Shown one piece after another: positions 27,201-39,178 of a stretch of DNA of 64,000 nucleotides. Source of the stretch: Trichoplax sp. H2 (taxonomy: Eukaryota). The stretch's first letter is position 1. Each line of letters starts with the position of its first letter. The DNA lies in the NCBI GenBank assembly GCA_003344405.1, contig NOWV01000241.1, positions 1 to 64,000 of the forward strand, in the 5' to 3' direction. A model generated the notes under the pieces. It worked only from the letters and a program-made list of their open reading frames with translations. It was not told the DNA's origin and searched no databases. The translations under genes and the position numbers were made by a program.

Positions 27201-29644
27201 AGGAAGAAAATGAGATTTCTCCTTTGTCAAATGAAGTTGTTAGTGTGACTGAAGAAATTGCAACTGATCAAGCTTGTAACATCATTTCATCGAATGCAAA
27301 GGAAAAACATGAATTGATTGCGTTGGAAAAAAGTAAAGCAAGTGATGAGGTTAGAAGAGGATTGATACTGAATGTGTAGCATGTGATTATTTTATTTATG
27401 TGCTGAAGTAAAACATATAATGTTAGCTAACAACGAATACCCAATTTCAGTAGCTGAAATAGCAGTATTTACACGTTCATAATACATTGATGAAGAAATA
27501 TCCAGACAATTGGATATATTACATTAGATGTAACGATTCCATAGACAGTAAATCTCAGCTATATTATATTCTCAATGGCCTGCTATAACTTAAAGGTAGT
27601 ATGCGGAAGAGAATTATTTTTGCTACTAGTTACATACTTATCATCAAGGTCCATTGTCAGAAAAAGAGGAAAGCACCTATCAGACCTGATAATCTAAGCT
27701 ACGATGTTGTTCTTGTCATTATAACTTAGGGAATAGTAGTTCATCTTCGCAAACACTGTTTCTATATAGATTGTTATCATTAAATGTATTTAATTTTTTT
27801 TTCATTCTGGATTATACGTTACATCATAGTTGAAGATGGAGATCTCAACATTGGGAGAAGTAATTAGTGGCTTAAAATATGCATTAGGTGATAAAGATTC
27901 TCATATTAGGTAAGGAAGATGTATTATAAATTATTGATGATGATTTATAATTGATGAATACTTTAGATTGTTTTAATATTTCATGAAAACCATTCAATCT
28001 TAAGATATTCATATTATACATGCCAACACAGTCTAAAAGTATGCTTAATAAAGATGTATATGATATGAAGATATCAATTTACCCTGAATATCGATGTATT
28101 TTATATCTTTTAAACATATTGGCTTTAATTTACATGTTTTTATTGCTTCTATAAAGACAATTACACGATCAGTCAGTAGATTAGAATCCTATAATGACAA
28201 GTTGAACCAGGAGATGAAGCAAACAACGGATGAGATTGATAACTTCCGATTTCAAATAAAATCACTTCAGTCCACTGTTACGCAACTACAGGAGAAGGTA
28301 ATCTTGCAAGGATATGGATTGATTTATTATAATGAGATATTTCTTAATATGTAACCTAGCTTAGATGTGATTTAGGAAGTGCCTCTAATAGGTCTCATAT
28401 AAGTGTTGGAATATATTCCAATATTTGTCATCATTATTGAAATTATAGTTAAGTCTGCTAAGGGAAGAAGAAGAGGAGAGAAAAAGTAAAATAGCTAAAA
28501 ATGCATTCCCAAGAAAAGTAAATGTAAGCGCTATGTACGGTAGAATTTAGGGTTTCCTTACTTCCTACATACCTTGTAATATTGCTATTAATCATATGAA
28601 AGAGAGAATTTTATGTTCGTCTTTCACAGTAAAGTACCGTAACTTGCTTTAAATGAAACATATCAGAGTGGATTACTTTTGTATTTTGCGACTTTAAATT
28701 TTCTCCATCATTTTATTAGAGTATTAGTATTATTAATACTTTCCTTGTAATCTTTGTACGAAATTGCGCGCAAATAGTTATGCGGATGGCTTCACAAGAA
28801 AGGGGCACTAGGTCCTACCAAAAATAAATGGAGGAAAAGATGGTTTGTTGCTGATCAGTGGGGATTTTTATATTACTACAAATATAGCAATAGTTCTACT
28901 CCACTAGGGTAAGAAAGAGAATCAGTTTATGTTAAACCATACTTTGAAACCTGTTATTTTTCAACCGTATCGAATTTGGATAATGAAAGACTAATTGTCT
29001 TTATACGTGTTAGATTTATTGACACTGTTGAAATTAGCTACGTAGAAGCTAAACCTGATCATGAACAAAACAAAAACTGTTGTCTATTCGATGTGGTTAC
29101 TAATGAAAGGATGTATCAGTTAATGGCAGAAGATGAAGAGGATATGGATAGGTATATAAACTCCAATAAGTCCTAAAAGACTGCAATGTTTGCAGTATAG
29201 TAATGCGTGTATTGCGTGATCAGGGGCAACAGTGTCTACTATTACATAGCTTAACTGTTTAGTTGATTTTGTGACGGTCTGCAATATGGGCAATATATTA
29301 TTGCTCTGCGTAATGATAAATACGTATTGCAACAAATTTAAGTAAAGATATTATCAACATAATTGCCAAATGAACGATGTATTCGTTGTTGAGTATTGCC
29401 GGAATTATAACAAATATCCAGCAGGAGTGTACGCTTATCTATACCATACTAAAATACGTAGTAGTAGTGTATCACATTTTCGCTTGCGTGTGTAATGAAG
29501 ACCATCGGAGTTGGTTTCATAACAATGTTAAGAAATATAATTGATTTCTTTTTAATTCGTTCAAATAGATGGGTCGCTGCCCTGGACTACCTACGAACCT
29601 GGAGCTATTGTAAACGATTCGTTAATTATAATCGCTCCCTGTAA
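24202..29644 (+). CDS. Protein with an N-terminal EHBP1/EEIG1-type NT-C2 domain, long low-complexity middle, coiled coil and C-terminal PH domain (multi-exon; internal model incomplete)
   Basis: Spliced exons 24202-24311, from 24513, ~24788-24886, ~24968-25023 and ~25174-25253 read MSLTKLKDKISNSGKNSDKYKIIFQFDF...QW|EPDQLILRFKRG...GKVLWQKPTSVDFILGLYP...YDEKMITISIEN|ISPSNKSTKLAEYTFNLAEF, colinear with EHBP1 NT-C2. A large exon lies at ~26270-27349 and a coiled-coil exon at ~28160-28297. PH exons read LCGWLHKKGALGPTKNKWRKRWFV...LYYYK...PLG|FID...MYQLMAEDEEDMDR|WVAALDY, with TAA at 29642-29644. Splicing at ~25250-26270 is unresolved. Confidence 0.7.
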
Positions 29645-30458
29645 TCAGGATTATTGACATCATGACCTGCCTGAAATATTGGCCTTACGGCATAACTTTA
29701 TTTGACGAGCAAATATCATCGATATAAATCGATCAATATTTATAATTATATAAATTAATCAACTGTTCTTATAACTTTGTCATTAAGTTAATGCAAATTC
29801 AAATAAACCAATTTCGAAAACCCTGCAAATTTTATGTTTACCAAATCGAATACCGATACCTTTAGTAAGTACAATATACTATTTTTTTGTAATTGCATAT
29901 TTATAAATAATGACAGTAACATTTTGAGTTCTAGGTATATTTAGAACTCTTCATAGATTTGCAGATCATGTGATAAATCGTATCAAGTAAAAACAAAGAA
30001 ATATCGAAAAAATGTTTATTTCACAGTTATCATTATTTGCTAATGAAGATAACAGCGTGTGCACAAATTATTGTCTGTGTTTAGAAACTGACCTTCTTAT
30101 AATACATAAATAATACAAGTAAGACCATTATAGAACTTGCCAAGCGGCATATTACATCTACGAGTGTTAACATCGCGTATTGAAAAAGTATTAATCGATA
30201 ATAAAACATTCTCTATAACGCAGAGTAGAGAAAAAGAATGAATAGAGGCGTATACTAAATTGAGCGATATATAACGTAGATTTTTTGAAATACCGATAAA
30301 TTGATTTTCGGCGCAGATCCGTTTCAATATCCAAATATCAAAGTAAATGACAATCATTATTAACATAATTATTCAATGCCTATTAAAATTAATATAGGCA
30401 AAGCCAACGTATCCATATTTTTTTTCTTTAATCAGTGAAATGTTTTTTAGATAACTTT

Positions 30459-32576
30459 TTAATTCCATTCTAATGGAACAGGGCGCTGTATCATGTTAAG
30501 CAAATGTTCCCTTTGTCTTCGTTCTAAGCTCTGTTGGGCATTCACGAAACTTTGAGTTGACAATGATGCTAGATGCGGATGACGAAAGTGTTGTGTTACA
30601 GGATTGAAAGGAACATAGCTGCTTTGAGGCACTTGATATATATAATCAGCTTGTGGGCGATAGCCATGTTGTTGATATTGAGACGTATGTAATATTGGTG
30701 TAGAATTTGTGATCGTTGCATCTTGTCCACTGATACTCGCAGTAACTTGCGATGTGGCCGCCCCACTATGACTGCCCGATGGTTCATTATTTGCCAGGCC
30801 TTTCTCAACTTCTTTCGATTTCGTAATAATCTCATCTAAAATAGCCTTGTAATTTTCTAAAGACGACTTTGTTCTAGTCTTTGTGACACACTCTATACAT
30901 AATAACTTAATATTTCCATCGTCGTCATTTAACAAGTTCCACATAGAAGTACAATCAGTCTTGCAATCTGCACAAGCGAGATGGGTTGCATCTGATGATT
31001 TACTAATGCTTTTTGATGTTGAATCGGTTTTAGTGACGCGTTCAGCGACTAACTCCAGTCCAAGTAGCATACTAAACCTGCTATTAGAACCGTTAGGAAT
31101 AACTTTCCACGGTTGCGAATATGGCTCTGGTTTTGGTAATTGTCGTAATAAGTTATCTAATTGTTGACGTAAAGCCACCTTTTGGGCTCGTTTATTAGTT
31201 GTAATTACTCTAGTATTGTTAGTTGTGGTCGAAGCAGTTTTCAGCTCAGGCGGTAGACCAGACCGTGTTAATGTCGAGGATTGTATTGGATTAATGGAAC
31301 CTACATAAATAATTTTTGGTGGATACGATGTGTTAACTAATGCAGTATTGATATTTTGATTACTTTCAAGATTTGTTGAGCTCGTTGGCGAGCCTATATC
31401 CATTAATTTAGTTCTTTTAGGCAGTAGCGGCATGACATTGGAATTACTGCTATAATCTACCGATGAACTGAATCTATTGTTCATGCTAACACTGTGAGAT
31501 AGCTCATTACTGGCAATAGGACGTTTCCTATCACGCTCTTTTACATGATATCTATTATCTGACAACGCCGAATTGTTGGTATTATTGCTGAATCTGTCGT
31601 TGGTCGAGTCTAAAATTGGAATACAGAACACAAGTATTTAATTGTATTGCCAAAGCTAAGATAGATAGTTCCAAGAGAAGACCTACCTTTTATATTTTGG
31701 CTTTGATTAATTAACTGCAATAGGAGTAGTTTAGCTTCTTCGTGTCGTAGATCTTCTTTTAATTTATTTACTAGTTGATAATAAAATGGATATTTAACAA
31801 ATTGATCACAATTGTGTTCTTAAATCACATCATCAATGTTAATACAGGAAGCCTAATTGATCGTCCTATTGTTACAGTATTGATGAATTTGTAAAATACT
31901 ATGGGTTTACAGTTTATAATTTTTTTCATGCATACTTTTATCAAGTTTCGTCGAATGGGTATTAACATTACTGTTTTTCCTTGTAATATTATTTTCATTT
32001 TCAAGGTGAGTAGCAGTTTTCTCTTTGGTAGATTCAGGATACGCAGTATTTCCGTTAATTTCATGATTGGTGTTATCGTGTTTGGTTAGGCTATGAGTAA
32101 ACGACAATAATACTAATCAACATCTGATCAAGATAATGCACAAGATTTAGTAAAGTATTAATAACATGCAAGCAAGCGTTCATCGTAGCTAAAGTAATAC
32201 TGAAATCAATTTAGGTTAATTTCAAAACGGCAATATTGCTTTTACTACTGGGGATTATTTTTTAGTCTAGTATGAATAAAATGACATGGTAGTAATTTAT
32301 GAAATGGCAGTGGTAAGCAGTAAAGAGTAATGTAGTTAGTATACTTTGAAGAATAAACCCTGGCACGTATCAGCAACATTCTTACACAAACGATACTAAT
32401 ATGGTTGATTATTAAAATCATTTTCAAATATTATACTGTAAACGGTAATAAATCAATCATGTCGTTTGATAAGATGGAAAATTTGATGTTATAAGTTAGT
32501 CCAATCAAGATGCATTCAGTTCATGGTAAATTGAGACTTACAGCTCGTCGGTTTTAGAATTGGTTCCGTCTCTCAT
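30459..32576 (-). CDS. GATAD2: GATAD2/p66 NuRD co-repressor subunit (multi-exon)
   Basis: Putative ATG at 32576 (MRDGTNSKTDE|L LTKHDN). Exon ~31688-31771 encodes the CR1 coiled coil KLKEDLRHEEAKLLLL. The last exon has CR2 AQKVALRQQLDNLLRQLPKPEP...IPNGSNSRFSMLLGLELV, the GATA finger CADCKTDCTSMW...LLCIECV and C-terminal QREHLLNMI. Confidence 0.88.
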
Positions 32577-35500
32577 ATTCGCTATAGTTATTAAGCAGCC
32601 GAGTCTAAATTAAAGGCGTAACGAATGACAAATTTTCTGCTATCTAAAAAATGCAAAGGTGATTTTAATTAGGCTAGCAAGGTAATAAAGTGATTGCTGT
32701 AATGATATAAAAAAAGAGACTGTCACAATACAAGGTGGTTATTACGCTTTCATAAATATAACCATAGCAAAGCTAGTGAAGATTAACCGGAATCAGTACA
32801 GTACTGTAATGCAAGATTACGCAGTTTGATGTAATGGTTATGGTTAATAGTGATGGAATAAAAGTGACATTTCGTTTTTGGTACTGTATCAATATGTTCA
32901 GGTATTAATCGAGTCGGTATCTTCTATCTCTTTTATTACCAATTGACCATTTATCGTGAATAATCTGTGCGATTTTTTTTTGCTTTAGTCGTTTGTTTTA
33001 AAAGTGTTCCACTCACTGTGATGTGGTTGAGTCTGTTGCTATCAAGTCGATGTAATTAATTTTTAATGAACTGTGAATGCATAACAAGAAAATAGTGGTA
33101 ACACATAGCGATTACAGAATAAGAGTGAGTCAAAAGTAATTCTCAAAATTGCTATTTTATCCTTCCAGTTCGTTTATAAATAAAAAATGATTGTTAAGCG
33201 TTGGAGAGTTGATCTTAAAACTGATCATAAAGAATAGACTCGTAAAGTGTGAAGAGTCGAGAAAATTCCAACATATAAAAAGTATTACTACATGGCAATA
33301 TCGATACTGACCATTTCCTACTGAGGAATCAGTGAGGTCTCCCGCCTGTCGCAACTAAGAGTGGATAAACCTCAATTTGAGTTTTTATTAACGTCGGGAT
33401 ATTTGAATCAATGCACTATCAATATAGTTTATAGGCAGGCCTACGGGTTAAAGTGGTGCCAAATTTGTAATTTTCTATGCGGATAAACTAGAAAGCAAGC
33501 CTATTTTTGGTGGATACAGAGTAGAGTATTGTACAAGTCGCGTTGAATGTGGTCTAACGGTTGTTAAAAGGTCGTTGAAGGAATAAGAATAGTATGGTCC
33601 AGTCGATTAGCGGCTAGAGTAGCAGGTACAGATTGGTCAAAAATACGCGTGATTGGATCATGTTTAAACAATATCTAAATTAGAATGAGTAAGGCCTACT
33701 TGATAGCTATAGTAGTAATTGGGTCTCTTTTCCTTTATCGTCTAGCTAGCATTGGATTTTCTCCTATTTTTGAACCCTTACGGAGTGTACAGTATATATA
33801 TATATATATAGGCACGCATTTACTCATTAGGAGATTAAAGGGCGATTGCTAAATGATAATATTGAACTACTGTACCGTGCCAGGTTGGTCTTTGCTGGAT
33901 AGCGGGATAGGGTTTTAGCTTTGAATTTGTAGCAGGTAGCTGAGCGGTTCTCGTTGAGCACCTTGCATATCTACAAATTACCCTTCCAACATACTACATT
34001 AGGGGGGGGGGGTTCAATCAACAAGCGGATTTGTTCTTGGAGCAGTGGTATCCTTCTATTCAAAATGCCATCAAAGTCAACCAAGTACAGTAAGCAGTTG
34101 ATATCGTATAGTACAGTAGATTGGATTCGATTAATTGATTAATATGTCATGTATATCATGGACTTGGAAGCATCACTTTGTGGGCGATCGACAGAATGGA
34201 GTGATGGTGATATTGCAATCATGGCCCTACCACAAGAATCAAGAGTCAAGAGTTGACCATTCTAGGGTATACTTGTGAAATGCTCATTTATTCATCCCAT
34301 TTCAACAGCTAGTAGGTGATGAATAATATGACATTGGATTCGATTCAAGATCTGATTGGAATGATTGAAGGTACAGTAGGACTGAATTTGGACTTGGAGG
34401 TAGTGTACAACTTTGCGGATGCTGGACATTGCACACTGTTACTATGATGGTATTTCATTGATAGGCCGATCAAGGCATGATTAAGGGTACAAGAGTGAAG
34501 AGTTGATTATTCCAAGGCAGACTTGTGAAATGTTCCGTTATTCTTCCTATCTAAAGAGTGGAAAGTGGCAATAAACTTTAGGCAGTACTGCAGACACGAT
34601 GGCACAATTGTCGTCGCCATGATGATAACAGAAAGAATTTTCTACCCGTCGAGTAGGTCAATAAAATGGTTGGAATTTTTTAGGCCTGTGTTGGAAAGAA
34701 GCTTGACTGAAAATGAGGAGGAATGGGAATAAGCACCCAATAGTATTAAGGAAGAATACGATAGGATGTACTTTGTGCATGCATCAATACTGTGGATGGA
34801 ATCATGTCGTGTCCTTTTTGAAAATGGAATAGAAACAAATTTGGCACGTTTTGAAATGGCAATGTGAAACGCTTACGATCAGTTTTCTCTAGTCAATCGA
34901 TTGTCATGTGCTTCTCCTGATACTCAACATAGTCAGTACAAGTATTGTATCTTGTTGTGGAGGCTATTTGAAAGTGGTTGTGTACGATGGTGTAGACAAG
35001 ATGAATGGATGATTATTTGGCTCATTTCATCGTCGTATTGGCTATCTGGTTGGATACAGGATCCACTGCAAAACATGAATGCAATCACCAGGGGTAATTT
35101 GCTTGTAAAAGCAATCAGATCAAAGTGTCCCGTCATGATACTGTCCTTGTATTTCTATTTAGTATTGGATGAGAAATTGTCACTTTCAAGATGAAAATGA
35201 GCAAATCGCGATCAACAACGATTGCAGTATGCCATGGCGCTGGTATATCGATCCTTTCATGCTATGACTCCCTAAGCAATAGACCAACAAGACGATGATG
35301 ATCCACTTACCATTTCATGGGGATTTCAATGGATGGAAATTGCCTTCAGCTTGACTACAATAGCAGCTTGAAAATGACGACAATAATACTGTATAGCGTT
35401 TTCTTCTCGTCTTGCTACCAGATCGATGATTACATCCAACAGCCTCCAATCTGCTGTGTTGACAACAATCTGCCAGTTTACTACAATGATAGCGGCAAGT

Positions 35501-35715
35501 TGCAAGCCAATGCAATCCAATCCAATCCGTTGATAGTCGCGATTCTCCACTTTACCATGCCTCCAATCGACTAAAGTCGAAATCGATTTTCAATTGAGCA
35601 GATTGCGCCGCCAACAATAGACCGATGATCAATGACGATTCAACCGACGTCAAGCCACGACAGTACTGGACGTTTCACCCTACCGTCCATCACACTGACT
35701 GCAGCCCACTCTCTT

Positions 35716-36800
35716 CAGTATCAACTGGCGTTGGCCTTGCGTACGTCACTGTCCATGTCGTTGTGTACTGTATTGAGCGGCAGTGGGAAGCAGGACGGAA
35801 GGTAGGACAGACGACTGTATCAACAACTACAGTATTTCCATCTTTAATATCAACTAGCGTTGGCCTTGCGTACGTCCATGTTGTTGTGTAACTGCTGGGA
35901 AACAGGACGGAAGGTAGGACAGACGACTGTATCCATCTTTAGTATCAATTAGCGTTGGCCTTGCGTACGTCCATGTTGTTGCGTACTGAGCGGCACTGGT
36001 GGGAAGCAGGGCGGAAGGTAGGACAGACGACTGTGTCCATCTTTAGTATCAATTAGCGTTGGCCTTGCGTACGTCCATGTTGTTGTATACTGAGCGGCAC
36101 TGGTGGGAAGCAGGACGGAAGGTATGACAGACGACTGTATCAACAACTACAGTACTGTATTTCCATCTTTAGTATCCACTAGCGTTGGATTGCCTCCGTC
36201 CATGTTGTTGTTGTGTACTGAGCGGCACTGGTGGGAAGCAGGACGGAAGGTAGGACAGACGACTGTGTCCATCTTTAGTATCAATTAGCGTTGGCCTTGC
36301 GTACAGTACGTCCATGTTGTTGCGTACTGAGCGGCACAAGTGGGAAGCAGGACGGAAGGTATGACAGACGACTGTATCAACAACTACAGTATTTCCATCT
36401 TTAGTATCCACTAGCGTTGGATTGCCTCCGTCCATGTTGTTGTTGTGTACTGAGCGGCACTGGTGGGAAGCAGGACAGAAGGTATGACAGACGACTGATA
36501 CGGTGATACTGTACCTCAACAGTTTCTAGTGTACTGTACAGTACAATGCAGTACTGTACACTCTACACTGTACAGTAAAGTGAACTTCAATGGACAGTAT
36601 TGTGTATAGGATCAATGGAATCCATTCCAGCGGCTGCGCGAATGAAAGGGTTATCAACAAAACCAAACTCCACTGCTACAGTACAAGCTCTCCAGTGTAA
36701 CATACTGTACAGTGTACAGTACTGTAGTCAACTAGCCTTGGCCTTGTGTGCGTCGATGTTGTTGTGTATTGAGCGGCACTCTTGGCAAGCAGGACAGAAA
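35716..36800. repeat. GC-rich minisatellite, ~95-130 bp unit, 7 copies (35716-36497) plus a degenerate copy at ~36726-36800
   Basis: Unit tagtatcaa(c/t)tagcgttggccttgcgtacgtccatgttgttg...tactgagcggcactggtgggaagcaggacggaaggta(g/t)gacagacgactgt starts at ~35716, 35845, 35940, 36044, 36170, 36276 and 36402. Confidence 0.95.
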
Positions 36801-37078
36801 ACTGCCAGGATGACACAGGACAATGCGTGCGGCAGACCATCTACTGTACAGTACTGTAGCTTTTACCCTAGCCATGGCGTTCGTCCTGTACAGTCTTCGA
36901 CGGACAGAAGAAGGATGATTCCAATTGGTGCTAGTTTGACTAATACCCTCAACAGTTTCTGCTGTACAGTACTGTACACTGTACACTGTACACTGTGAAC
37001 TGAAAAGAACCAAATTCCACTGCTACAGTACAAACTCTCCAGTCTAACATCATCAACTACAGTACAGTACTGTAGCCG
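36510..37078. repeat. ACTGT/ACAGT mosaic with internal segmental duplications
   Basis: cctcaacagtttct...gtgaact at 36514-36586 and 36947-37001; aaccaaa(c/t)tccactgctacagtacaa(g/a)ctctccagt at ~36661 and ~37008. Confidence 0.88.
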
Positions 37079-38007
37079 ATCAAAACAACAACAACATCAT
37101 AAATAAGTAGTTGTAACATTCATCAAGGTGAAGAGAGAAGAAGCGTCTAGAGTGACCTTGACAATGGCTTCCACATGAAGACTTCAACAAGTCGAGATAT
37201 TTTGCTTATCCTACAGTAGGATACAGAGGACTCACTTCAATTTGTCTCACCGGATAGTATCTTAATATCTCAAGAATAGCGCATTAGTAATACGCCAGCT
37301 GCAGTAGGACACGGTAACAATTCCTACACATGTTATTGATAACACTGGCTCGTAAGACGATGCAGCAGCACTCTAGCAGGTACGATAGCTAAGCCGTCTG
37401 CTGGACTGTGCCAGCAGCATTATTCTTGAAATGCTTGGCTAACGCACAGTATAGTAGGTGTTTCCAATCGAAGTGAATTCCTTAGCTTTTTTACCAATGG
37501 CTTAACTATTCCACCATTTGACTCGCCATCCCGGCAATCGACTATCCGTTATGCCAATTGCGCAATTTGACCAATGGACTACAGAACAGATCTGTTAAAC
37601 GTACTGTATACGAGTAGATTTGGTAAGAAATGTACAAAATAAAAAGACTGTAGTACACATACAGTAGTATCAACTATCGACTACAGCCATGCAGCGTAAA
37701 ACTAACCTACTTGAGCGATAACCTACCAACTATTGCTGGATTACATCACACTGGACTGATGAAAGTCAGCAAGAGATAATTTTATACTCATCAATGGACA
37801 CCGGTTCAAGCATTGTAGTGATTTCAGCTCACTACAGTAATTTTATTACAAACATACATATAGCATTGATGTGATTCCATTTCTCAAATTGAAACACGAC
37901 ACATCAGTAACTGATTGATTGAATGTCGTGTTGAATTCTGATATTCTTTCATTGCTGTTTTTATTATATCAATTTTCCCCCTATAGTATATTGAAGGTAC
38001 TACTACA

Positions 38008-38380
38008 GTACTGTATGTTTATTAGCATTTCAAACATTTGGATGGCAAAGCACATAGGAATTGTTACCATGTACTTTGACTGTTCTTGCATGGATAGCTA
38101 CCTATTGCTATAACGTATTGTTACTGTACTGTAACTTTATTAGCATTTCAAACATTTGGATGGCAAAACACATAGGAATTACTACCATGTACTTTGACTG
38201 TTCTTGCGTGGATAGCAGCTACCTATTGCTATAACGTATAGCATTGTTAGGGTTAGGGTTCTGTACTATATGTTTATTAGCATTTCAAACATTTGGATGG
38301 CAAAACACATAGGAATTATTACCGTGTACTTTGACTGTTCCTGCATGGATAACTAACTATTGCTATAACGTATAGCATTG
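38008..38380. repeat. Tandem ~120-137 bp repeat, 3 copies
   Basis: tttattagcatttcaaacatttggatggcaaa(g/a)cacataggaatt...gtactttgactgttc...ctattgctataacgta occurs three times. Confidence 0.93.
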
Positions 38381-39178
38381 CTACGTTAGTTTCTGCAATA
38401 TTTCCCTCTTTTCTACGCCTGAAAACGAAATAAAACATGCTGTACTCTACTTCGATACTGGATAGTGTATCAAGATTCGAGTACTGCACTTATGCAACTA
38501 TATAGGCTTATCATATAGCGGCTGCAATTGAAAAAAAATATCCTAATATACAGTATATTTAAATTAATTAATACACGTATTCACATTACTTCCTGTCATA
38601 GTTCAATAACCCATCGAACCTTGAACATAGCTAGGTTGAAATACTACATAATGATCTTATACAATACCAATAGTGATTTTCCCTTGAGGGATCAGATATT
38701 AAACTTTTCAAAGTCTAATTATGATCAACTGGAGGAGTAGGGAAGCAAATAAGTGGCAACATCATTTTTGTATTGAATAATAAAAATATAGTTTGCATTA
38801 TTTTAATCTTATTTTCTGGCTTTAAACTACAGTACTGAATCCTCTACTCGTATAGAGAAAGATAAAATTTCTGAAATTTCTTTTACTATCAATCAATCAA
38901 TGAGAAAAAAATTTTTAAATTAGGAGAGGAATGGCTTTAAAATTTTGCATCTTGATAAAAATTACTGTAAAACAGATCTAATGCTAACAGTGAGATATTA
39001 TATAACTCAGTTAGCAATCGTAATCTCTGGAGCGAATAATGCCTTCAGGAATTACAAAATAAAACAAAACCAAAAAAAACCGATGCTATGATACAGATAA
39101 TAAACTGTAAGCACTTGTCGATCAACATGCATAATTAATCAATAGTCAATTTGAAGCGAAGATTCAAGTTATAATCAT

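Noticed and set aside
34230..34550. Degenerate ~60-bp duplication (caagagt.aagagttga...acttgtgaaatg) in the presumed GATAD2 5' intron
   Set aside because: Real but old and featureless; no TIR, TSD or coding evidence.
35716..36497. CRISPR-like array or repeated ribozyme/structured RNA
   Set aside because: Whole units are homologous with no unique spacers, no cas genes, and the context is eukaryotic. No hammerhead core (CUGANGA...GAAA) or Pol III boxes were found. ORFs across it change frame with unit length.
37750..37775. ctgatga...gaaa resembling a hammerhead core or C box
   Set aside because: No stem II between the motifs, no flanking stems, and no matching D box at a suitable distance.
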